Of a DNA stretch of 64,000 bases, positions 53,739 to 64,000 are shown one piece after another; within the stretch, counting starts at the first letter, position 1, and every line of letters begins with the position of its first letter. Under the pieces are notes generated by a model. The model did no database searches, was not told where the DNA came from, and saw only the letters and a list, made by a program, of their open reading frames with translations. The position numbers and the translations under genes were made by a program. This DNA is from Alphaproteobacteria bacterium (GTDB taxonomy: Bacteria > Pseudomonadota > Alphaproteobacteria > JAAXGF01): the NCBI GenBank assembly GCA_963555825.3, contig CAUVXB020000001.1, positions 448,001 to 512,000 on the forward strand, read 5' to 3'.

Positions 53739-54147
53739 TGAGAACGGCAGAGCAATAATCCCTCACTGAAGCGGCCGGTCGATCCGGCTGCGGCGGACCA
53801 AAATGGGACCGCGTATAGCCTTCTGTCAGGGTTGCTCTGACTGGAAGGCGGGGGGGATGTATCGGGTGGAGTTGTACGCACGGGTTCGGTGGGCGTGTCA
53901 TGTCGAGGGGATGAGCACCCGCGAGGCCTCGCGGGTGTTTGGTGTAGACCGCAAGACGGTCCGTAAGATGCTGTCGTTCTCGGTGCCGCCAGGGTATCGC
54001 CGAAGCGCGCCGCCGAGGCGGCCAAAGCTGGGTCCGTTCACGGGAATCATCGATCGGATCTTGGAAGACGATCGGACCAGCCACCGCAAGCAACGGCACA
54101 CTGCGAAGCGCATCTTCGACCGCCTCCGGGACGAGTACGGTTTCACG
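53739..54147 (+). mobile_element. IS21 left-end remnant (5' of istA)
   Basis: Near-identical to the reverse complement of 57833-58241. Confidence 0.9.
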
Positions 54148-55753
54148 TGTCAATGGCGGAGCAAAAAGGGACCACCTCGGCGGTGTAAGAAGGGACCGCT
54201 TGGCGGCTGCGGGCTTGTCCCCGTAGTCCACGGGAGGGCCCCGCGCGCGACGCGGCGTGCCCTCAACAGGCTGACGCGGCGGCGCGCGCGGGAGGGACCT
54301 GTGGGCCCACGGGGTCAAGCGTGGGCTGGGTGGTCGGTTCAGTTAGCAGTCGGGGTTTGACGCCTGCGGCTCTGGTTGAGCCTGTAGCTGTCACCGTTCA
54401 TCTCGAGGATGTTGACGTGGTGGGTGAGGCGATCGAGGAGCGCGCCGGTGAGGCGCTCGGAGCCGAACACCTCGGTCCATTCGTCGAAGGGCAGATTGGT
54501 GGTGACCAGGGTCGAGCCCCGCTCGTAGCGTTGGCTGAACACCTCGAACAACAGCTCGGCGCCGGTCTTCGACAGCGGCACGAAGCCGAGTTCGTCGACG
54601 ATCAGAAGCTTGTAGGTGGCGAGCTTCTTCTGGAACCTCAGCAGCTGCTTGTCATCGCGGGCCTCGATGAGTTCGTGGACCAGCGCGGCGGCGGTGATGA
54701 AGCCGACCGAGAGGCCCTTCTGGCAGGCCGCCAGGCCGAGACCGAGGGCGATGTGGGTCTTGCCGGTCCCACTGTTGCCGAGCGCGATGAGGTTCTCGCG
54801 GCGCTCGATGTACTCGCAGCGGGCCAGCTCCAGGACCAGCGCCTTGTTGAGCGAGGGGATGACCTTGAAGTCGAAGCTGTCGAGGCTCTTGACCACGGGG
54901 AAGCGCGCCGCCTTGATGCGCCGCTCGACCATGCGGCGCTCGCGGTCGATCAGCTCGAGCTCGGCGAGTCTCAACAGGTAGCGGACGTGATCGACGCCTT
55001 CCGAGGCGCACTGCCGGGCGATCTTGTCGTACTCGCGCAGGAAGGTCGGCAGCTTCAGCGTCTTGAGGTGGTGGGCGAGCAGCACTTGCGGTGTGTCGGT
55101 CATGCGCCGAGCCCCGACAGCAGGCTCATGTACGACTTGGCGGACGTCATCGCGACCCGGGCGCGCGGCAGATACGGATAGACGTCGAGGTTGAGCCTGG
55201 GCGGCCGCCGCTCGATGCGGCACAGTACCAGGTGCTTCACCGCATCAAAGCCGATTGCGCCGAGCCGCAGGGCGTCGCCGACCGCACCCTCGACCTCCTC
55301 GAGCCGGAAGGTCTCCAGTAGACGGAGCACCTGGACGTACTCGCGCTTGCCTGCCTTGCCCATACGAGCTTCGAGGAGCCGCCGCAGAGTGATGAAGGCC
55401 TCGGGCAGGTCCCAGCCCGCCAATGGCGCGGCCTGGTCGAGGGCGCCGATCTTCTGCTCGATCAAGGGCAGGTAATGCAGCGGGTCGAAGATCAGGTCCT
55501 CGCTGTCGTAGGACCGGCGGTGCCGGGCGATCACCTCGGCCCCGCAGCTGATCACCACCTCATCGACGTAGCCCCGGATGAGCACCTCACGGTGGCCGTA
55601 GGCCACGGGCACGGAATAGTCGTTGCTGCGGTAACGCACCAGCGACAGCGAACTCGCCCGTCCAGGGCGCTTATCGCAGGCATCATAGGGAGCAGGCGGC
55701 AATGGCAAGAGAACTTGACGATCCCGCTCGAGACGCTCGCCGATGGTCTCCTT

Positions 55754-57277
55754 ATATGAGGCGTTTGCTGTCAAGGTGGATTTAATCTACGCCACATGAT
55801 CGTCTCTTCCATTGGTTATGGCTTTGTATCCAGGGCGGGTCTTGCGATGAGTTCCGTGTTTCGTGCGAGTGATCGCATCACCTTATATCCGGCAGCTCCG
55901 ATCCGGCTTGCCACAATGCTGTATACATGGACCATCACAGGACGGGGATGGGACTAATCTTGTGGACGGCACCTTCGCCAAGGAGACATGCAGTCACACA
56001 TCCAACCTGCCAACAAGCGTTCCCATCGGGGAATGAAGCCCGTTAGAACGCTGAGCTGATCCGCAGTCCTATTTGACGACAGCACCCACCGGGATCAGCC
56101 CGGTTTCCAGATACCGCCAAAGCGCGATCGCCAGTTTGCGGGCCAGGGCGACGATCATGACGCGCCTGATGCGCCCCTTCTGACCTTGGGTGCGGTCATG
56201 GAACCACTGGGTCAGAGCGCTATCGGGTTGATGGCGGACCCAAAGCCATGCGGCTTCGATCATGGCAACCCGTGCCAGCCGATTGCCCGCCTTGGAGATG
56301 CCTTGGCTGCGGCGCCCGTCGCCGCTGTCATAGGCACTGGGCGTGATCCCGATATAGCTTGCCACCTGTCGGCGATTGGCGAACTGGCGATAATAGACTT
56401 CCCGTGCGAGCGTCGTGGATAAGGCCGGGCCGAGGCCCTTTAAGCGCAGCAGCTGGTGACGCTTGCTTTCCGTGGCCACACACGGTGTCGGCGCTTGATC
56501 ACGCTCACGCTCGACCTCGACGATCTGCGCTTGGACCTGGGCCAGTCTCGCGATCTCCCGCGCGATCTCGCGGCCGAGACGGTCCGGCAGGGGTCGGCCG
56601 TCTCCGGTGACCAGCGCCGCCGGTGTCAAGGTCTTGTAGCGCGCCTTGACATTGATGCCGCGAATGCCCTGACCGAATAGCAGACCCTTGATCCGGTTGA
56701 TGTGGGCGGTTCGCTCGCGGACCAATCGGTCACGTTCCCGATGAGAGCGGCGAAGGTCCTCCTCCGCGACGCTCGGAATCACCACCATGGAGCAGACATG
56801 ACGCTCGCCGCGGCACCAGGCGATCAGCGTATGAAGAATATTCTCGACATCGATGCGGTCGGTCTTCACCCGCCGCGCCCGGCGGTTGACCCGCAAGCTG
56901 GCCGGCTCCATGACCAGACACTCGATGCCGCGCTGCTCGAGGAACCGCGCCAACCAGAAGCCGTCGTAGCCGGCCTCGTAGCACAGCGTTATCGTCGGCG
57001 TTCGACCCGTCACCTTGACCACCCGGTCCCGCGCCGCGTCCAGCTTGGCCATCAGTCCTTCAGCGTCGCCGCCCTTGATCGGATGCAAGCTCGGATTGCC
57101 CCGCCCCGGAGCCTGGATCGCCAAAAGCCAGCTGTTCTTGCTCAACTCCAGTGCCGCATAAATAGCGTGTTCATTGGAGGTCGATACCGGAAACTGTGCC
57201 ATCGTGTCGCTCCTTCTGATCGAGGTTGAAATAAGCGAAGGAGCTTGAGGCTGCGTCCTTCAGCCTCATAGCATCTT
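55754..57277 (-). mobile_element. IS110 family, IS1111-type element (recombinase 56069-57202)
   Basis: ALELSK, CYEAG, KTDRID, SAYDSG..GISKAGN, ALARK; subterminal IR tatgaggc/gcctcata; core ctt at both ends; 315-bp downstream non-coding end. Confidence 0.93.
55850..56060 (-). ncRNA. Predicted bridge/seekRNA of the IS110 element
   Basis: Paired guide segments match the target junction (gtctc-ctt-gtgg) and the donor circle junction (agcat-ctt-atat); RNA ends approximate. Confidence 0.75.
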
Positions 57278-59425
57278 GTGGCCCCGCAGCCGCGCCGCCT
57301 GGCGCCGGCGGCACTGTTCGGCGAGAGCATCGTTGAGGGCCGCGAAGCTCTCGGCACGCGGGACGGGGACCAGGAAGTTCCGCCGGATGAAGCCGACCAG
57401 TCCCTCGACCTTGCCCTTGTCGTTGCCCTTGCCCGGCCGGCCGAACCTGTCCTCGAACAGATAGTGGGACTGAAGCTCCGTGAAGACGCGCGTTCGCTGC
57501 CGCTTCCCATCGCCCAGGATCCGGGCAACCGCCAGCTTGGTGTTGTCGTACAGGATGGATCGGGGGACGCCGCCGAAGAAGGCAAACGCCGCGTTGTGGC
57601 CATCGCAGAATGCTTCGGTCGTCTCCGCCGGATAGGCCGCAACAAAGCAACCATCACTGTGGGGAAGGTCGAAGGCAAGGAAGTGGATCTTCCGTAACGC
57701 GCCGCCGATCACCGCCATCGCTTCGCCGAAGTCCGCCTGGGCGTGACCGGGGGAATGGGAGAGTGGCACGAACACCTCACGCGACCGAAGCCCCTGCTCA
57801 CGAACGTAGTCCTTCACGATGGTGTAGCCGCCCGTGAAACCGTACTCGTCCCGGAGGCGGTCGAAGATGCGCTTCGCAGTGTGCCGTTGCTTGCGGTGGC
57901 TGGTCCGATCGTCTTCCAAGATCCGATCGATGATTCCCGTGAACGGACCCAGCTTTGGCCGCCTCGGCGGCGCGCTTCGGCGATACCCTGGCGGCACCGA
58001 GAACGACAGCATCTTACGGACCGTCTTGCGGTCTACACCAAACACCCGCGAGGCCTCGCGGGTGCTCATCCCCTCGACATGACACGCCCGCCGAACCCGT
58101 GCGTACAACTCCACCCGATACATCCCCCCCGCCTTCCAGTCAGAGCAACCCTGACAGAAGGCTATACGCGGTCCCATTTTGGTCCGCCGCAGCCGGATCG
58201 ACCGGCCGCTTCAGTGGGGGATTATTGCTCTGCCGTTCTCAACCGACTGACAACATGCGATAATTCGTAGCCCCCCGGCGCACATTCCCTGTTATTTTGC
58301 ATTATTTCCCTGTAAATCGGGGGTTATCAGGGAATTTGGCCGGAGACGGGTTCGCTCCAGACTGGCTCCACCACCAATTATATCAATGGGTTATGTGAAT
58401 AATCCAAGAGATCAAAATTTATCAGGTAGCAAATAGGTAGCAGTAGCTTGGGTATCGCGGTGTCGGCGAACCAGTCCCTTGGGTCGGTGAAAACGTAGTA
58501 AAACGATGCTGTAGCCGGGAACTGAGGAACCGGTGACATCCGATGATCCGGTCGCGATCCGATATGACCAGAAAGGGTGCGCAAATCGTCCCTGTCCCAT
58601 CGCCCAACTGACGGGGAATGGCGTCTAGGGAAGGAGACTCGGTATGGGTTGTGTCGGTACGAACGGAGCCATACCAGGGACTCGGTGACATCGCGGCGTG
58701 CGAGACCAATCAAGCCCCTTACGATGTCAATCGGGTCGAAGCCAAATCACATTGTGATGGCCTCCGAGGCTCTCGAAGGTCGGACATCACTGATCCAGCA
58801 TCGCTCGGCACGGGGAAAACCTTGCCGGGTGATACGAGGCCCATGGGTGGTGGTGCCGGCGCAAATCGGGGGTCATGTCGTCGGCGCGCGCCACGTTCAA
58901 TCATTCGTCCACGAAACTGTGGAGCGTGCATGGTGGTCGATTTGGGCCGCCGCACCCGCGTGTGTCGACGAGCCGCCTGCCTGCCCAAATCGCGGTCCAT
59001 GACAAACCACGTGCGTCGATCCGACCGTGTGAATTTGCAACGGATAGTCAAAGGCCGGCCCCATAAAGCCAGTCCGCTCCCAATCTACATGGTCGTGATG
59101 TCGGGCGTCGGCTAGCCGGCCGCGCTGTTCCGCCGCCACCTCTCGGGCCACCACTCCAAGTTGTGCACGAGTTCCGGGCAAAAAGTCCGGCCAAACACGT
59201 GCGGTCGTTTACCCGCTTCGCAAATTTTCAGAAAAATAGCGCTCTCTACGCCTTGGTCGGCAGTTTTGCAAGTCAGCGGAATTGCCGCCCCCTCCGCGCA
59301 CTACGCAACCGAGTGTGGAGAAATCGATGCTCGCCCGTCGAAATTTTCCGAATTAACCTGTATTTTCTCACGCTGAGCCATTGCTGCAGGAAAGTATGCA
59401 AGCTGATATCATTACCATCAATTAA

Positions 59426-60586
59426 TACCAACGGCACTAATTATTGACCTGAAATCGCCCAATCTCTCATTCCGATGGACATGATCGTCTCGGGCTGGTC
59501 GATTAGTTTGTTCCAGGCTTGGCAACCGGCCTCGATGATGGCGTCGTAATCTTCGAAGACGCGGTTAGAGAGCCAATTCTGGCGGAGGTATTGCCAGATG
59601 TTCTCGACCGGGTTCAGCTCGGGCGAGCGCGATGGCAGCAGGATGATGGTGAGGTTCTTGGGGACCTTGAGCTGGTCGGTGCTGTGCCACCCGGCGCGGT
59701 CCATCAGGACGACGCCATGGGCCTTGGCGGCGACGTTGCAGCTGATCTCGTCGAGATGCATCTGCATGGCGGCTGTGTTGGCGAAGGGGAGCATGAGAGC
59801 GGCACCCTTGGCTCCCATGGGACAGATTGCGCCAAAGAGGTAGGCGTTCGTGTAGCGCTGATCGGCGGGCAGGCGTGGCCTTGTTCCCTTCTTCGCCCAA
59901 ATGCGCACACGCCCGTTCTTCTGTCCCAGCCTGGCCTCGTCTTGGAACCAGATCTCGACCCGCTTGGTCTTGGGCAGACCGGCTAGGTGGGCAGCGAGCG
60001 TGCGGGGGAAGTTTTTTTGAACGCCTCGATCACCCGCTGGTCCTGCTTGGGGTGCTGCGGCCGGGCGCTGATGTGGGAGAAGGACAGCGCGACGAGAAGG
60101 TCGGAGATCGCCCGCTCGCTATAGATCACGCCAAAGCGTTCTTCGATCACCCGTTTCAGGTCAACCCGCCGCCAGCGAACCACACCGTCAATCTCTGGAT
60201 CGGGGCCCGTTTCGACGATCACCGACAGTTCGCCCATCTGCTCGTCGGTCAAGAGCCGGGGGCGGCCCGCACCGGGACGGTTCTTCAAGCCGTCTGCCCC
60301 TTCATCGTTGAAGCGGTGCGCCCAGTCTCTCAGCGTCTGGCGATCCATGCCGCCGACCTTAGCGGCTTCCGCTCGGCTCATGCCGTCGTAAACCGCCGCC
60401 AAGGCCAAAAGCCGGCGAACTTGGCGGGGATCGCGACTGTGCTTGGCCAAACACCGGAGCTCAATGCTGTCGTAGTCGTCCCGAAGAGCAATGCATACTG
60501 ACATGGCGAATCTCCTTCGCCAGCCTTGAATCACATCCAGCCCAAAAAGGGAATCCCTTGCGAGTCAGAATTTTGCGCCGTTGGTA
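59426..60586 (-). mobile_element. IS630 family element (orfA 59983-60504, orfB to 59441, -1 frameshift)
   Basis: TA-CCAACGGC / GCCGTTGG-TA ends, A7C slippery site at ~60011-60018, WFQDEAR, MDRAGWH, SPELNPVE. Confidence 0.93.
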
Positions 60587-61711
60587 TAAGTCGCTGACTA
60601 TCTGAACCCGCATTTCCCAAGTATCGTCGATATTCAGTGCGGCGAGAAGGCGATTCTGCTATAAGAATCATGAAGTTGTAGCATACATGGAGCGGCGGAT
60701 ATGGCACACCCGATGGGTGAATCGAAACCGGGGTGCCTTCGGGTCGTTTTTGACTGTCGATTGAAGCTTGAATTCCACGGTTCCAAGATCACCTCTGATG
60801 CCGGGTTGCTCGCCTACCGGGAGCTTGACGATGCCCTCGGCCTGACTGAGATGGCCGAGGGTGTTTTCCAGGACAGCCGTACCGGCAAGAACGGATGGCA
60901 CGGCATGACGGGGCAGTTCCGTCAGTCGGTGTTTGGTCGCCTTGGTGGTTATGAGGACGTAAACGACGCCGGGCGTCTCGGACGTGATCCTGCCATGCGG
61001 TGGATTGTTGGTGGCAAGGCCGTCGAAAGACAGGCTGCATCCACCAGCCAGATGGGACGGTTCGAGACGGAGCTTCTGGCGACCGATGCGAACATTGAAG
61101 TTCTGGCCGACATGAACGGGGCGTGGATCGACAAGGTTCATGACCGCCGCCCACCGAAGATGATCGTGCTCGACATGGACAGTTCCGTCAGCCCGACCCA
61201 TGGCGAGCAGCAAGGCACGGCCTATAACGGCCATTTCGGCTGCACCTGCTATCACCCGTTGTTCGTGTTCAACCAGTTCGGCGATCTGGAGCGGTGTTCC
61301 CTTCGCCCTGGCAATGTCCACAGCGCCGACGGTTGGCGTGAGGTTCTGGAACCGGTCGTTGAGCGTTATCGGGAACGGAACCTGCGCCGCTACTTCCTAG
61401 GGGACGCCGCCTTTGCCGCACCGGACATCTACGAGTTCCTGGAAAGTGAGGGTTTTCTCTACGCGATCCGGTTGCCGAAGAACCAAATTCTTCAGGAAAG
61501 CATTGCCCACCTGCTGACCCGCCCCGTCGGTCGTCCGCCGAACCATGTGCGGCGCTATTACGCCAGCTTCAGCTATCAGGCTGGAAGTTGGGACAGGAAG
61601 CGGCGCGTGGTGGCCAAGGTGGAATGGCACCCCGGCGAGTTGTACCCCCGCGTCGGCTTTATCGTCACCAACCTGTCGCGGCCCGCCGAACGGGTGGTGG
61701 CGTTTTATAAT

Positions 61712-62406
61712 GGGGCTTACAAAGAAGGGTTGACGGCTGGATCGAATTCCGCCGGTGCTTATGCCTGCTACTTGACGGGCTTCCTTAGTAGGGACACGGT
61801 GCGGGGATGTGGAAATCACCCGCTTTTGTCTTCGCCTTCGCAGGGGTTGTGCTCTTGGTGTCTCTCCCTGAGGTCCCCTCGCAAATTCGTGCATTGGCGG
61901 AGGCTCTGGGCGTGACCGGCGCAGAGTGGCATTGGTGGAACTATGCAGGGGTTCTGCTTGCCCTATTCCTCATGCTGCTTTCGTCTTATCCGGCGTGGAA
62001 GTGGGTAACCAAGAACGCCAGAATCAGGATTGAGCCGCCACCGTCGCCTCGTGACATCATCCTCCTCATTACAATAGCCGTCGCGTTTGTGGGGATCGTT
62101 GCCCTGTTTCTGACAACCGACTGGTCTAAGCCCATCTACGTGTGGAAACATCCTAAATTGACCTTAGACGAGCAAATTCAGGTGAAGGCGAAATGTCGGA
62201 TCGCCGCGTATGACGCGATCGGTGCGGGCCGAGGTGGTCTTAGGGACCCTACTTCCGTAGCCCGAAGCAATTACGTGAGGGATTGCCTGACCATCAAGGG
62301 ATTCACATTTATAGAAGTCCGAGAAAGCGACGGCCAATCATGAAACCGATCCTCGACCCCAAGCGCGACCTTGTGCTGGAAATGTCAACCCTTCTTTGTA
62401 AGCCCC
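61712..62406. mobile_element. Non-autonomous passenger cassette (MIC-like, IS1595-type ends)
   Basis: Perfect 23-bp TIR GGGGCTTACAAAGAAGGGTTGAC; 8-bp DR tttataat at 61704-61711 and 62407-62414; no transposase. Confidence 0.92.
61807..62343 (+). CDS. Hypothetical 3-TM membrane protein with soluble C-terminal C..C domain (cassette passenger)
   Basis: 178-aa ORF fills the cassette; three hydrophobic segments; KAKCRIAA..YVRDCLTIKGF tail. Confidence 0.7.
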   Translation: MWKSPAFVFAFAGVVLLVSLPEVPSQIRALAEALGVTGAEWHWWNYAGVLLALFLMLLSSYPAWKWVTKNARIRIEPPPSPRDIILLITIAVAFVGIVALFLTTDWSKPIYVWKHPKLTLDEQIQVKAKCRIAAYDAIGAGRGGLRDPTSVARSNYVRDCLTIKGFTFIEVRESDGQS

Positions 62407-63132
62407 TTTATAATCACCGTGGGACAGCGGAGCAGTACATCAAGGAAGGCAAATACGCCATCAAGTGGACCCGGCTGTCATGCAGCAAGTTCCGCAACAA
62501 CGAGGTTCGGCTCCAGCTTCACGCCCTGGCCTACAATCTGGGCAACTTCATGCGGACGCTTGCGTTGCCGAAGGAGGTGGAACACTGGTCGCTGACCACG
62601 CTACGGGAGAAGCTGGTTAAGATCGGGGCCAAAGTTGTCCGCCATGGCCGTTATGTCACGTTCCAATTAGCCGAGGTCGCCGTGTCGAAAAGCTTGTTCC
62701 AGAAAATCTTGGCCTTGATTGATGATCTACGCCGAAGCCCCGTCCCGGCGTAGGCCGAGGAAATTGACGGCAAGGTGGAAAAGACAGGAGAGGTGTGTCT
62801 GGATGACGACAAATTTGGCCAAATGGGCTTCCAACAACGGCCAAATCATCAAATCGGGGCTGCCGAATGACCGCAGAGCGAAATTCCTTCCATCGGTGTT
62901 CGGGTTCGCCTACGATTTGCTCCGATACGAATGCTATCTGGGAAATATCGGCTGCTACGAGTTATGTATGTTGCGTCCGGGTTCATCCGAAGGCGCGGGG
63001 ACGATGAACAAGCGGACGGAAGTAGCCGGCCGAGCGCGCCGGGCGTCGAGTCGCGTCACAGCGTGCAAACCGGCTTCGCGTGAACGCGATGAACCGTCAT
63101 CGCCGTCGGAACAGCAGGACGAGGAGGCCAAG

Positions 63133-64000
63133 ATGAGCATCGAACATCGCGCGCGGCCCAAGCTGCTCGAACCCGGCCTGCTGCCCTTCGTGCCGGGGCT
63201 CGAACGCCACCGCGCGCCGGGCGGCGGCGCCTGCGTCGTTTCGCTCGCGCCGGGCGACGAGATCGCGCTGACCGACCACGAGGGTTGCCAGCGCTGCGAG
63301 GTCGTCGTGCTGGGCGCCGATGGCGGCGAGGATTTCGGCGCGCTGGGCCTCGACGCGCGTGAGCCGGCGAGCGGGCTCGCCGCGCTGGCCGGCGGGGCCA
63401 GCGACGACGGCCGAATGATTTCGCAGGCGCTCAAGGCGGCCGGACTCGAGCCCAGCACGGTCAACGCGTCTGTGTTGTTCGGCGACGGTACACCGGCGGG
63501 CGAGACCGCCTCGTTCACCGCCGATCGGGCCGCGTTGTGTATCGTCGTCGCGCCGGGCGGGCCGATGCGGGTCGACCAACAGGACCCGCCGACGGCGATA
63601 CGGGTCACGGTGCAGCGCGCCACGGTCGACCCCGGGATCGAGCGGCCGCTGCCGCCGCCGTTGGCCGATCCGCGCCTCGACAGCCGGATCCGAAAGGCGA
63701 CCGCCCAGGCCTACGAGGTCAAGGCTGGCGAATTCATCCAGGTGATCGACGTCGACGGCCGCGAGTGTTCCGACTTCCAGGCGTTTCACCGCGGCGACCT
63801 CGAGCGGGGTGTCGTCAGCGAACTCGACGCCACGACGACGCGCTATATCATGGGCGCGCTCTATCCGGGACCCGGCCTGTTCTCGAAATTCTACGACGAG
63901 GCGCAACGGCCGCTCGTCGAGGTCGTCCGCGATACCTGCGGCCGGCACGATACCTTCGGCCTCGCCTGCACCGCCAAGTATTACGAGGACATGGGCTATC
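63133..64000 (+). CDS. DUF1989/aminomethyltransferase, TMAO demethylase (Tdm)-like, runs off window
   Basis: GAGGAGG RBS; MSIEHRARPKLLEPG..AYEVKAGEFIQVIDVDGRECSDF..RDTCGRHDTFGLACTAKYYEDMGY. Confidence 0.8.
   Translation, partial: MSIEHRARPKLLEPGLLPFVPGLERHRAPGGGACVVSLAPGDEIALTDHEGCQRCEVVVLGADGGEDFGALGLDAREPASGLAALAGGASDDGRMISQALKAAGLEPSTVNASVLFGDGTPAGETASFTADRAALCIVVAPGGPMRVDQQDPPTAIRVTVQRATVDPGIERPLPPPLADPRLDSRIRKATAQAYEVKAGEFIQVIDVDGRECSDFQAFHRGDLERGVVSELDATTTRYIMGALYPGPGLFSKFYDEAQRPLVEVVRDTCGRHDTFGLACTAKYYEDMGY

Larger units (their letters stand above)
54148..58241 (-). mobile_element. IS21 family element (istA 55100-58123 split by IS110; istB 54339-55103)
   Basis: TG..CA ends with internal repeats; AQADFG, YDNTK, KGKVE; IstB GNSGTGKTH, VDELGF, LLDRL. 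Confidence 0.93.
60607..62951 (+). mobile_element. IS1380 family element (tnp 60701-62753) split by a 695-bp cassette
   Basis: CCcgcATTTCCCA / TGGGAAATatcGG ends; TSDAG, LDMDSS, GDAAF; FYN-HRGTAEQYIKEGK rejoins across the insert. Confidence 0.9.

Noticed and set aside
58340-58376. Second tRNA gene
   Set aside because: Only a GGTTCG..CCA-like tail; no cloverleaf can be formed
58400-59420. Protein gene or group II intron in the unexplained kilobase
   Set aside because: Short ORFs without recognisable motifs; no convincing domain V or RT gene seen

Overview
High-GC, alphaproteobacterial-looking (Rhodospirillales-like) chromosomal segment. The backbone carries N-heterocycle, amine and amino-acid salvage genes (two amidohydrolases, two M24 peptidases, hydantoin racemase, N-carbamoylase, TauD dioxygenase, flavin oxidoreductase, GGT, carbonic anhydrase, a Tdm-like gene at the right edge), tRNA-Arg(ACG) with a small low-GC island, and a c-di-GMP-I riboswitch upstream of a ParA-family gene. 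It is overrun by recent IS insertions (IS3-like x3, IS3, IS256 x2, IS66, IS1182-type x3, IS21 x2, IS110/IS1111, IS630, IS1380), many inside genes or other ISs, ending in a ~17.5 kb nested pile (45.4-63 kb). Most notable: (1) a 3.7 kb IS66 with no tnpA/tnpB, an 887-aa coiled-coil TnpC and a coupled DUF4338 (DruA/Mom-like) gene; (2) an IS1111-type element whose bridge/seekRNA guides can be read and match its insertion site in IS21 istA; (3) an IS1182-like element inserted at the same position of both TIRs of one IS256; (4) an array of GTCYGC..GCRGAC palindromes with fixed 22/36-bp variable spacers, hit by IS1182; (5) a transposase-free 695-bp cassette with perfect TIRs carrying a captured gene; (6) an IS3-like element with 13-14 bp target duplications; (7) a ParA module possibly controlled twice by c-di-GMP. 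All family calls come from motifs recognised by eye; no database searches were run.
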